Made by a program: the position numbers and the translations under genes
NCBI GenBank assembly: GCA_030704615.1
Contig: CM060732.1
Location: 43,958,001-44,022,000, forward strand
DNA length: 64,000 nt
Direction of reading: 5' to 3'
From: Takakia lepidozioides
Lineage: Eukaryota > Plantae > Bryophyta
Shown here: one piece after another, positions 42,111 to 54,400 of the stretch
How the letters are laid out: each line of letters starts with the position of its first letter
Numbering within the stretch: the stretch's first letter is position 1
The notes under the pieces: model-generated
Seen by the model: the letters and a program-made list of their open reading frames with translations, nothing else
Database searches by the model: none
What the model was told of the DNA's origin: nothing

Positions 42111-42592
42111 TTAGTGACTGTCTATTAGATTAGGGTTCACGTTAGACGAAGCTAAATTAGGTCCCGAAGGCGCCGCTTAGCCCTGAGGTGCTATTCTTAT
42201 TGAGTTTCCAATTTTTCGTCTTATATATTTTTTATAAATCTTGCATTTGTAAATTTCTATCCAACGGTTAGTACTAGCTCATTGACATGTTTACGAAAAC
42301 AATAGTCTAGAAATAAGTAATGCGAATGTATAATTACTCTTGGGATAAGAATTATTAGTTTATATATATATATGTATATATATAAAGAGACATATTCTAG
42401 TGTAAAAATTATTTATTAGGCAAATCACAAAATGGTTTATATCCCACCTAATTTTACTGTTTAGTATCTTTTGTGAATATTTGTATTTATTTATATATAA
42501 TTAAGTCTAAAAAATAGAGATGTATTTATTTAATTATTAATAATCTCAATTGATTTTGTAAGTAAAGAACGACCAACTAAACCCCAATGACG

Positions 42593-43150
42593 TTTTTTTT
42601 TTTTTTAAAAAAAATAAAAAAATTGCATTTATTCCAAAATTATGGGGAAAAAAATAAAACCCCTTTTTGCACCATGAGGGCTACATACTGTAGTCAGTGA
42701 AGGGTGATCAAATACCTGCTGCTAAAGTGCAGCAATGTGCTCATAGAGAGAGGACCTCTTGAAATAGCTTAGCCCTGTCCGAGAGACTTCCAAAAAAAAT
42801 GTCTAAGCCTGCAGCTGAGATTACCGAGGAGCTAATCTACAGCTACGCTTAACGGAAATTTAGCCTGGAAGTAGTGGCGGGGTGCTTGACGTGTTTCCAG
42901 TTCACGTCTCTCTCAAATTCCGGCGAGGCCGTGGAGTGGAGCTCTGAGGTCTCTCCAGCGCTGAGGGGGGAGATCGTTCCAAACATAGTGTTCCTGCTCG
43001 TCGCTTTGACAAATGATGCCATGGCAGGGCCACGTCGCTCTGAATGTTGCATGGATTGCTGACGTTCTTTAATATGAAAGATAAAAAAAATAAGCAAAAA
43101 AAGTGATGCAGCTGAGGGATATGAACTCCCGACATCTGGCATTCCAATAA
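42593..43150 (-). mobile_element. L1-like LINE 3' fragment in inverted orientation
   Basis: SPEFERDVNWKHVK matches SPDLDSRDINWKHIK of the + strand copy at ~45930-45975. The T-run at 42593-42606 would be its poly-A tail. Confidence 0.55.
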
Positions 43151-44589
43151 CCATCCTTAACCACCAAATCTGTGTTCATTCATTGAAACAAATTTAGTCA
43201 TGTACATATTTATAATATGTGTAGCGGGGTCTTAAAAACTAAATACAAGAAAACAAGCTACAGAGGATAATGTGGCCAAAGGGAATTGAACCCTCGACCT
43301 GCGATTTGGGAATATCTTCCCTAACCACTAAGCCCAAATTCATGTGTTGAAATATTGTTGCATTAATTATTTTAACTTTAACACAATAACATCTGAAGGG
43401 AGCACATTTATGGTGTCTCTTCAACCACGAAGGGTCAGTGCATTCCGCCAATTTCGAATGACATTTTATGGCCCCGTGGATTGTTGCGGCGGTTAGGACC
43501 TTGCCATGGCATCGGCGAAAATCAGAGGTTATCTTCAGGACAGGAGATGGCTGCTTGGCCGGGATCTTATGGGCAATAGATAGGGGAAATCACCTGAAGC
43601 TAGGGTCACAAGAGAACACCTTCATAAATATCAGGGACTGTGAATCATCGGATAAGCGGTTAGGTAATTTTCAGATTTGGCAGTACTTCACATTGACACA
43701 GGCAGGTAGCTTTATAAGCTCTGTGGATATGATTTGACATGTTGCCATAGGCTCGAGAGAACATCATTTCACTCCCCTGTCCTGGTTGTATATCAGGCCA
43801 TCTGATTCATACTTCTGGCCATTCAAGACTTCTCATCTTTGACAAAGGCATTTAAGTTCCAAGACAAGATTCCACTAGCCTTAAACATCCACCTTATGCT
43901 TCATTGACTATATTCAAGAGAAACATTAGGCATTGGTTAGAGCAAAATTCAAGGCTAACTTCCAAGCGGGCTTCCAAGCGCTCTTAACTGCTTGTCCCTA
44001 GCTGTGCCAAAACACCACATTCAGTTTCAGAGATAAGTACCCCTATTGATCATAATGAAGAACTAAGTATTGAAGATCAGAAGTCTTTTGACTTACGAAA
44101 ACTGCTTTCAAACAATCAAATTCATACGGCCCGTTCTGATAGACTATGCGCACGAACAAGTATCTCTAGACTTATCAATGACAGATGCAAAGCATCCAAG
44201 AGACATGTTGTGAACAGTTGTGTCTTTCATGTACGAATACTTGGTCACTTGATACTGCGGCACGTACTGCCACCCTCGCATGCCACTCTACGTTATGCAG
44301 AAGTTGCTGATCAAGACCCCTCTCTCGGCGATTCCTCTCCTCTTGAGCACTCTTCACACTGCGTTCTCCTATCACATCGCCCGAGCACACTAATAGTCTT
44401 CCTGCTATCACCCTATTTCGCCAAGAACGCTCTGCTGCCCTCTACATCTCTCTACCCCATGCTCGTCTACTCTCGATCTACTCTTCTGGGTACTCGATCG
44501 ATTGATACTGTTGATACTGGCCTTTCCCACTCCTCCAAGCCTCTTTTATGCTTCTTTTGGGCCAATAGGAAAATTAAAAATTAATCATT

Positions 44590-46340
44590 AAATTTAATGG
44601 AAATTTTGTTGGCCAAGCAACCCTGGAAACTTCTGTCTCAACAAGCCAGTCCCATCAGCTATGGAGAGGAGCCAAGCCACAAGGTGGGCAGGATGGGATG
44701 CAAGGGGGCTCTCACAGGTCAGCCATCTATGGTTCAGTACCCCTGTTTCTCTTTCCAGAACTCTTGGCACCCAAAGACTCTCCGCCGGCATTGCCTCAGT
44801 TCTGCAATCAGTTCCTAACTCGTGGAGAGACATGCTCAGGCAGGGCCCATCCTCTCCGTCTATGTATCAGTGGGTGACCACACCGGATCATCATTTTCAG
44901 GTCATGTTCATAACGGAAGCCTCACGTGTTAACCTAGTGGGTTTTGCATTCAGGGCCCATCCGTATACAAGTGCTCTCTCGCTGCAGTCATCCGACTCTA
45001 TCTCAATCCCAAATGCAAACACCCCACCAGCCAGAATCTGCCACTGGAACTCCGAGCTCAAAGATTTTAATCCATCCCTTCCATCCAACATGCGGGTTCT
45101 ACCCTAGTTACGATCAGGAACCTTCATTTGGATTGGAGGCCAGGCCATCCAGGACCTGCAAATCGATCCGGCAGAATGGCACTGGGAATTCGGGGACAAG
45201 ATTTGCTCCTTCTTCAATTACACGGCAAAGGGTGCCTACAGAGTGATGCTGAAGGCCAAGCTCTAACCAAAAAATGGGACGACAGATGGGGCTTATTCCA
45301 ATTTAGAGGGGAAAACTAGAAGTGCATTTGGGCTCTGATTTGGGAGAAATCCAAACCGGCAAAACTCAGTGCCTTTCTTTGGCAGAGGTTGGGCAATTTC
45401 TAAACTTCCAAGAGGCCCTACTCTGCAGATGCTGCCCCATTGGGGTTATTGAATCTTTGGAACACTACCTTCTTTTCTGTAAAGGGCCGTCAACTATCTG
45501 GCCCTTGGATTGGTCACTTTACAGGGTTTGGTCAAACACCGCTCAGGACCCCATAGCCCTCCTGCTAAATTACAACCAAACAACCAAGTCCAAGGTGTCC
45601 ACATGCCCAGTTTTTGAGGCCCTCCGCTCAGCAACACTGTGGCAAATCTGGAAGGCTCGGTGCAGATGGACATTAAAAAATGCTTCCTCCTCCTGTACAG
45701 AAGTCCTTGCATGTGTTTTCTATGATGTTACAATTGCAGCTAAGTTGGCCTGGCAAAAACTATGTACAGAAGCAGACAAGAAACCAGAACGAAAAGACTC
45801 CCTCCTCGCCTCCTTCAGAGCATCTTGGGGAAGAGGAGGAATCATTTGTTGCATCATTGATACAGACTCCTGTTCATGGGCAGACTCCTTACCTGAACTC
45901 TGGAAACACCGATGGGGCACCGTCTTCGGCCTCCCCTGATTTGGACTCGAGAGATATTAACTGGAAGCACATAAAGAGGGGATCTAAATCTAAGTTGATC
46001 TTCCTCACATAGACATCTTCAGAGTTTCGCTCCTTGGCCGTTCTGGCTTGTGTTCTTACTGTTCGTCGTTCCGTCCGGTTCCATCTACACAAGGCCACCT
46101 CTCTCTTGGAGTCTTTTCGAAGCTATGAACTAATCGCACATTAGCTCTCGACGTTATGGAAAATCTTGCAACCAATAATAGATGGCTCTACCAGGCCTGC
46201 ATGCGTAGCCAGGTCTATTTTCTACCCTGTTATCTGATCGTTGGAATCTCCAACACGGCCTCCGTGTGTTAAGCCTCATGGCACTTGTAAGGGTTTAATT
46301 TTTTCCCTTTTTAATAAATTTTCAGGGCCTCTCATCCCTT
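44590..46340 (+). mobile_element. L1-like LINE 3' portion (post-RT, zf-RVT region), degenerate
   Basis: CRCCPIGVIESLEHYLLFC..W..., TLWQIWKARCRW; frameshifts; A-rich end at ~46320-46338. Confidence 0.7.
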
Positions 46341-46599
46341 TAAAAATAAAAATAAAAACTTCTGATTTCATCCATCCTGCTAGAGTTTCATCCATCTTGC
46401 AATTTCATCCAGCTTGCGATCTCTCATCCATTCGCTGATTTCATCCATTCTCATCCTTCCTTGTACTTTTCATCCATCCAGGGACATGACCAATTTAAAG
46501 TTTGGTACATGACCAACTTAAGTTGGTACATGATCCGTTTTAAGTCCTTATGAATGTTGCTCCTCATCCATGTTATTCATGCGTTTGGGAAGTGGGATC

Positions 46600-47279
46600 G
46601 CTACCCTTGATCAGCCAATCATCCAATGGTCCATATTAACCCTTGTGCTCCAATTAAATTCCATGTGTGAGGTCGGGGAGAGGTTCCTATGCTTGAAGTA
46701 GCGAGTTGTAACGCTTGATTGCTTTGAGAGTCGTCTGTTGGTAAAAACTTCCAATAATATAGGCTTATTTTTTGCATTTGCTGCTAAAAGAAAACATCGA
46801 TCCTGAATCATTCTTTCTTGTTGAAGACTATTCGTTGATTTCTAGATCGTACCTCCATACCATGTAGCCTCTAGAGGACTTTCCACAAACCAAAAGCTGC
46901 ATTCCTGTAACTGCCGACTCATTGTCAGAAACTTCAAATGTATAATCCATAGGGTAGTCTGGCAGACATCGCCATTGCGTGCTAATGTGACCAAACGTCC
47001 ACCATTTCTGCATATCTATGGGAGGTTGGGCATTGTATGTAGGCCCATCCAGCATGTATATAACTATTCTTCCTTGATTTCCATCCGTTTTCGAGTCTCA
47101 AAGATGTCGTTACAGCCTTCGTCATCAACCACTGATAGTGCATTCTGCCATTTCTTACAACCACCTTTCAACGGTAAATAATAAAAGTGAGGCACCCGTG
47201 CAACGCATTCTAGTATCACATGGTTTGTCAATTCTAGAATCAAGGAGTTGTCCTTCAACTGGTCCTCCGGCTCTGCCAT
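46600..47279 (-). pseudogene. F-box (kelch-type) pseudogene
   Basis: SLILELTNHVILECVARVPHFYYLPLKGGCKKWQ fits the plant F-box consensus. Stop at 47064, then frameshifted remnants. Confidence 0.6.
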
Positions 47280-47569
47280 TGCTAGAATTCCATTTATTTA
47301 TGATGTCTTACTATGATTTCGTACTAACTTCATAAAATATATACTAATGTATATAAAATGTGATATCCTTCTATGGTTGTATCCACTCCCACTATCCAAT
47401 GCAACGTGGATATAACCAATCTCCATCAGGAACCATCTCAAGAGGTGGTGTCAAACATCCCATGTGCCAACCTCTTGAGCATCGATCACACACTAACATG
47501 GTGGCTGCCCCTTGTCGAACAATTTTTCGGATAGATTCTTAAGCACATTGCAGAGATGGGAAGCGTTGT

Positions 47570-48256
47570 GATGATGTTTGTCCATCAACCCAGCGGTCCA
47601 AGCTAGAGACCAATACATGATATCATGACTCAAGTTCACAGATTGCAAGACGACGAATAACGATGGGGCTACTCTTGTACCCGGCCTCTTGGTCTAGAGA
47701 GTTTGAGTACAATAGGGACAGTGATAGAGGATTTAGTGAGGCTGTGGCTATTACCTCTTGTAGCTATTTGGAGTTAGAGGGACCTAACCACCAGTTAGGG
47801 GGGCGATTGTCAAACTGATTTGTGTGTATGTATATGTTGTGTGGTTTGGACAACGATGTAGTTGTGTAGCGAGGTGTATGCGCACGACAGCTGTCAAGTA
47901 AAGTTTACTAGTAGTTTGAAACTGACCAATAAATAACTAGTTTTTATATATGATACTTGGGTTTGATCCAAGTGTCAACCCAGGGGTCAAGATATTTGTT
48001 GGCCCCTGGACGTGGCTTATTTTCACGGCGAACGCGCGGTGAGGCTCATCTATCTCGAGTTGAGCCTCCCACGTTGGCTATGGCGCACTTAGTGCAGATT
48101 CCCCATAGCTTTTGGGGTGTGCTTGGCTTGACTCGTAATATATGAATGATGGTGTCTAGTTTTTATTATCATTGTGGCAGACTGATTTGTGTATATGAAT
48201 ATGTTGTGTGGTTTGGACAGCGATGCAGTTGTGTAGCGAGGTGTATGCGCACGACA
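47570..48256 (+). mobile_element. 3' end of a Ty1/copia element: RNase H remnant, PPT, a deleted LTR (47808-47889) and a full LTR-like copy (47892-48256)
   Basis: TRPLG..FEYNR trace. The purine tract ttagggggggcga precedes TGTCA at 47808. Both LTR-like units start TGTCA and end CGCACGACA, and 47812-47889 repeats 48180-48256. Confidence 0.55.
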
Positions 48257-49337
48257 AATCTCATGTACAGTCAACTGACTCATGCATGCAATATATGCAA
48301 AAATGTAAACTATTTGTACCTCCTTTCAAACCGAACATGACCTTTATGGTCTTCATGTTAGCTGCCATATACCACTCCACTTTGTAATCACTAAAACTTG
48401 GAACGTCAAGAAGTTGTTCATCTTCCTAAGCTTGAATCAGTGAAAGAATCTTGATTTGTTGGAGCACCCAGTTTAAAACCTCTGTGTTTTCTTGTACCGC
48501 TTGAAATTAAGCTACAAGCTAAATCTCCATCTCACTTTGCACACTGAAATACTTTCCACTATCAGGAGTGATTGTCCACCGATGGGTCTAATGCACGGTT
48601 CATGAGTGTAATACTCATTTTTTCAGCTTCTATACAGAAATATCTGCAAAACCAACGTGATGTAAGTCGCGTCAGCGCTTGGTCTGATGCAACTCAAAGT
48701 GCGAACCGAGTCCTAATAAATGTATCAAAGAAGAGTCTTTGTTCAAATTCTATCAAAGACTGAGGTAAAATTTGATATTGAAGATGTCCACTTTTATAGA
48801 CGTTCGTGCAAGGATGACAAATCAGCATCTCAATAAAATTAGTAAACAGGTTGGACCCAATGAAGTTTTGAAGATCCGTGACAAGAATGGATCACCCAAG
48901 CATGTTATAATGCTATTTACAAAAAGTTTAAAGGTGGTGTAAAAATTGCGGCCAAAAGGATCAGGACAGGATGTCTACCCAATCCGCATCAAGTCTCAAA
49001 ATTGTGCGAGGAATTGAACTTAAAGCTATAGATTTTGTAGGTGAATACCACCACTTGAACAACATCCTTGTAGTTCCAAAAAATTCAAGAACGGTGAAAC
49101 AAAAAAGAGGTCACTCGTGTAACACTATCATAGCACAATTCTTTTTTCGCTGATATGGAGCAGGTGCAACATACCATGGTCGAATTGGAGACTCGCTGGT
49201 AAGTTTTATACAGCTTGCACCTATAAATTCTGTTTTTTTAATCTTCAATTTTGTATATTTTTAGTATTGATTGCTGAGATTTTGATTCTACAGAATTGAA
49301 AGGGAACCCACTACTATTTGTCTTGAAGCTTGATGAG

Positions 49338-49367
<30 letters not shown>
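49338..49367 (+). repeat. (AC)n microsatellite
   Basis: acacacac... run. Confidence 0.9.
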
Positions 49368-49373
<6 letters not shown>

Positions 49374-49379
49374 CATTTC

Positions 49380-49790
49380 AGCAACCACGTCGCTATTTTT
49401 ATTTTTATTTGTAAGTGCCTACGGCCACGAATATCGACGGTCACAACATTTGTTTTTTAAGCAAATAATTGCGACCACCAATATTGGCAGTCGTAATGTA
49501 ATGCATGCAATCGTCAATATTGGCGGTTGCATATTTTTCTTTAATGCATAATCGCCAATACTCGCGGCCGCATGTATTTAAAAAAAATGAAAAAACATGT
49601 CATCGCTAATATTGACGGTTGCAGGTAATTTTTAAAAATAAAAAAACTTATGACCATCAATAATGGCGATCGCATGCATTAACAGAAAAACAGATTTTTT
49701 TTAAATGCGTCCGACCGCCAATATTGACAGTTCCATGCATCTTAAAAATTGAACAAACATGTGTCCAGCAATATTGGCAGTTGCACACAT
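49380..49790. repeat. Degenerate array of GCGACCGCCAATATTGGCGGTCGC-type hairpins
   Basis: gcgaccaccaatattggcagtcg, cgaccgccaatattgacag and similar units; same family as the 22-23 kb and 28-29.8 kb arrays. Confidence 0.65.
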
Positions 49791-51419
49791 TGAGAAAAAA
49801 AAAAAAAAAACAATAAATTTTTTTTGTGCGTCCATCAATGTAATTTTTCTCCTTCCTAAGAATAACTGGATTTTAAGTAAATCTAGACTTTCCAGAGTCC
49901 AGGAATAACATATATATTGATTTAATGATTTATTTAAATTGAATAAAAATTCAATATGAAAACAGATTTAAATGATTTTATTAAGTTTATTGTAGTAGAT
50001 GTTTAGTAAATATTGTTGTTCACAGAGAATCCATACCCTGATCACATCCCTAATATGAGTTGAAATCCTAGTTTTTTACAGTTTCACGGGCAACACGGGA
50101 GACCTCCTGTCAATCACAGTTGCTTCATTTTTTTAATATTAGCCTACAAAAAAATACCAAACATTGTCACTCCAGAAGTACAAGAGAATTATGACTGCTG
50201 TCCCAAGTTCGATATCTCCACTGAGGCAAGGGAGATCTCCCGATCTATGATTAGAACATAGTAAGATAGAAAGACATCCCGTCGAGATACGTCCCAAAAT
50301 GTCCAGAGTAATTTATTAGAGCATCACCAAACCAAATTTGTACAGCCATCGAGGTCCCTAGCTATGGGCACTAATCAACCATCACCATCCCATAGGACCC
50401 AAATCATAGTCTTCGACGCAAACCAATACTGAACATAGTCTCTATAGAAGCCAATTCATTCGAACAGTTCGGCTCAAATGCATCAGCCATTCGACAGGAC
50501 TGTTTATCTCTGTCTATCATCGTCCTCGAGTCTCAGACCGGTTCCTCAAGAGCGTCATCCATAAAATAAGAACGACCTAGCGGATTCCAAGGTCACAGAT
50601 AAGGCCGTGAACCGATTATTCTTCATTCATTTAAGTCATAGCTCCACGCACAAAACACATGCGGACTAGGACAGACGCATGGATGCCTCGGCGTGAGCCT
50701 GGTCACGTGAGCGCGTGAGCGCAACTGCGCTCACCCCACGTCACCTTGCGCCAATGCAACAGCACGGGGCTCACTCCACGTCATCATACTTGAAGACCGC
50801 GTCACCACGCGCCCAGGAAGAAGTGGAGTGTATTCCCGCGGATTGGCACCCTTTACCGCGGAAACAAGCTACACGACATAATAAAAGGCAGTGGTCATTC
50901 CCACCTGAAAGGATGGATGAATGTACAGTTGGATGATAAACATATGGATGAGTGTGAAAATGAATGTAGATGGATGAATGAGGGATGGATAAGAGTCAAA
51001 TGGATGAATGTACAAAGGATGTTGAGCAATGAAAAACATTCATGACAGGAAGATGCATGACTAAAACTTTAGACGAATGTACAACGTATATGACATGAGT
51101 GTGGAAGGTTTGTGGGGTGGATTAAAGAGTACAGAGGATGAATGTACAATGGATGTTGAACAAAAGAAAACATTCATGAATGGAGCACACATGAATACAC
51201 TGTAGATGAAAGCACAATGGATATGACAAGAGTGAGGGAGGTTTGTGAGATGGATTCATACATATTGCAATTTAAATGGTAGTTGATTCTTTGATTCAAC
51301 TACGGTGGAGGAAGGGGATTCAACGTTTTCCAAAGAGGATGAAACAGAATATTAAAAGAACATAGTTCAGTCTGACTCAGAGTCAGTACAATGTATCCCC
51401 ACTTCCTCTGCATCTAAGT

Positions 51420-54400
51420 CTAAGTATTTAAGAACTCCGGATCTACGCTGGCTACACCTACGGCCGGGCAGTAAAAATTCAGGGATAGGGACTCGGCCGC
51501 GTGAAGTGCCATTGCTTCGGCATAATCAGGAAGCAGAAAATTGGAAAGGGGGCTGTCGAAAACAGACTCGCCACAAATGACTGTATCTCCTGAAGATCCA
51601 CCGCTGCCTTTCCTGAAAGATAGCCTGAAAAAGTTATTACTGTAACTTTGATGTTATTGAGAAATTGAGTATGACTCCCAAAGTGGGTTTAGCACTTACT
51701 CACATGAAAAGTCGTTGTCGACCTGCTTATCTTCGGGATCGTCATCATTTCGAATTTGAATCCGATCAGTCTATGTGCCTGAAGTGGAGCCAGACAAAAG
51801 GGGGATGAGCACTGTGTTGTAGAGGCCAGAATCACCCTCCATGCCAAAAAGGCTTCTTCCGCCTGCCTTGCATGCATGGTAAGTTGCTCCTACACCAGAC
51901 AAGAGGACATGAACAGTTCGGTGGGGGGGATTTAAGCAGATGGAACTGGTGAAAGAAAATCAATTCGGAAGGGAGAGAACGAACCTGTGGACACAGAAAT
52001 ATCGACCACCCGTGCAGAGTGGTGGCTGCATGACTCCAGCAGTATTTGCATGAACGCTGGGGATTTTTCCTTTGTACCTCTCCAGGGAGTGCCATCTGGT
52101 CTCTTCAGAGTCTGACTGGACTGCATGAAGTTGTACAAAATGTCATCGACATGCGGCTCATAGGGGGGGTTGACGAAACAACCCTGGTCAGAAATCTCAA
52201 AGCTGCGGATGGAGGATGGTGTCTTTGAGGTGCGAATCCTCCGCAGGCAGATCGCCTCGAACATCCTCGTCTGCCAAAGATAGCAGGTTAGTGTGATAAA
52301 CACAATCTATAGTGGAAGTGAGTACATCGGCTATTCAGAACTCAGGCACAAAACAATCATTTTTATCACAAATCGGTGATGATCGGTGTCGATCATGACA
52401 GATTCTTCTAGAGTGGAGCTGCAGAGAACATTGAAAATCATCATGAAAGCACAAGCAGAAGGGAGACGGCATACCAACTGACCAGGGAAACCCCCTTTCA
52501 CAAGGTAGAGGCTGTTCACACAATTCCATGTGCGCAAAACTTCAAACCCTGAAGACTTCAGGTATGATGCCAATGCCCGACGACTATCTTTGTCACATGA
52601 CTGAAAAAGCAGAAGTGTCCCTGCATCAGAGAGGAAATTATTACAGAACCCAAACACCCAACTCCAGTAGTTGTCCTCGAATTTGTTCCAGCCTGACGTC
52701 TTGCCCTTTGGAAGAACTTCTGGCACAGCCTGGCCATCCAGGATGTCGAGAATGACAATGTCAGCCGCATATGTTTTCTGCACACCGCACACGAAGGTGG
52801 GACCTGTGCTCACCTGCAACAGACATGTTTTTTTTAAGAACGATGGCAAGAATGTTTTCAAAGATTCAAAGAACCAGACTGAAATACTGCCAATGAAACT
52901 TTCAGAGAAAAATGAAAGAAACTGGAATTCTCACGAGATTGAGGAATGAGATTATGTTGTCCTAGGTAGGCGAAGGCACCCCAGTGTATCCTCTCTTTTG
53001 ACTCTGCATCATCGACAGCCAACCCTCATTGACAATTTTAATCTCTCCTGCCGAATCAGAACGGGAAGGGTGTGGCTTGGCATCGAACACGCACTGAACT
53101 GTGCGGGTATATCTTCCAGCAGTGAAGTCCTGCCCACTCTCCATCTCCTTTTCTTTCTCCTTCCCCTTGTCTTTTTCCTTCTCTTTGGACTTGTCTTTGT
53201 CCTTTGGCTTTGCTGGTGAGATGGCTATGACATCAAGAGCCTTGTCTTTTGGTTTGCGGCCCGCCTTCTTTCCTTTCTGCGGCGTTCCCTGAGCATCAGG
53301 CTCCTTGGCAACCAATGTTGCTATGTTTCTTTGGTACTCTTCGTCAGTCAGAGGCGCCAACATCTCAGCATTATTGTTCAAATATTTCATATGCTGTTCT
53401 TGAAAGGTCGTGTGCTCCGGTGGGCAGTCAAGGTACCAGCCACAGTCTCTGAAGTGAGAAGGACTCCAGTCCTTCAATATCCCTGCAGTATACATGGTTG
53501 GATCGTTTGCAGGGTCCGACCACATGTCAAGATAGTCTTGAATACCGCTTAGGTGATTTCCTTCCATAAGCACATATTTCGTGTACCTGTTAAACAGGAG
53601 ATAAATCCCAACCCACCAAAGCGCGAAGTGAGTAAGATGCAAGTAGCACAGAATGAAAAAAACATGGAATGAAATGGCTCTGAGAACTGCTCCAAGGACC
53701 TTTCAGGACCACGCGACAGCTCCGGATGTGAATGTTGTCAACGCCATTCAAAACATTCCATTCAATGATACTGTGAATACACCCTAATCCACGTGAATGC
53801 AAACTCTCGCTTTGGAATGACACAGACATAGAAGTGAATGTCGTCAACGACATTCACTTTGGATTTGTGAATACACTGCTAATCAAGCCTATTGATTTCT
53901 CAAAAGAGGCAAAATCATTGGATGGAAATTAGAAACTCTAGTAAGGAACCCTCCCCAAAAACTCAATGGACATTCATAACGAACATAACACCGAGGACCT
54001 CATAATAACACTGGATGTGAATGGCGTCAACGCCATTCACAAAATTCCGAACAAGGAACCAATTAATACACCCTTAGCTCCCAATCCATGTAAATTCAAA
54101 TTGTCGCTGGTGAATGACACAGACATAGAAGTGAATGTCGTCAACGACATTCACTTTGGATCGCTGATAACACAGCTAATCAAGCCTCAAGATTTCTCGC
54201 AAGAGGCAAAAGCAATGCAGAACAACTGAATGTATGCATTGACATTCAGCAAACTGAAGTGAGGAACCCTCACTGTAAACTCTATGGACATTACAAAAAA
54301 CTTACATAACTCTGAGGACCTCTCAACAACTCTGGATGTGAATGTCGTCAACGCCATTCAGGGACATTATCAATTCTAATCAGGGACACTATAATTACAC

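Noticed and set aside
48300-49260. Possible hAT transposase remnant on the minus strand (TRFA-like, TKWSG-like traces)
   Set aside because: Too degenerate to support without a profile search.
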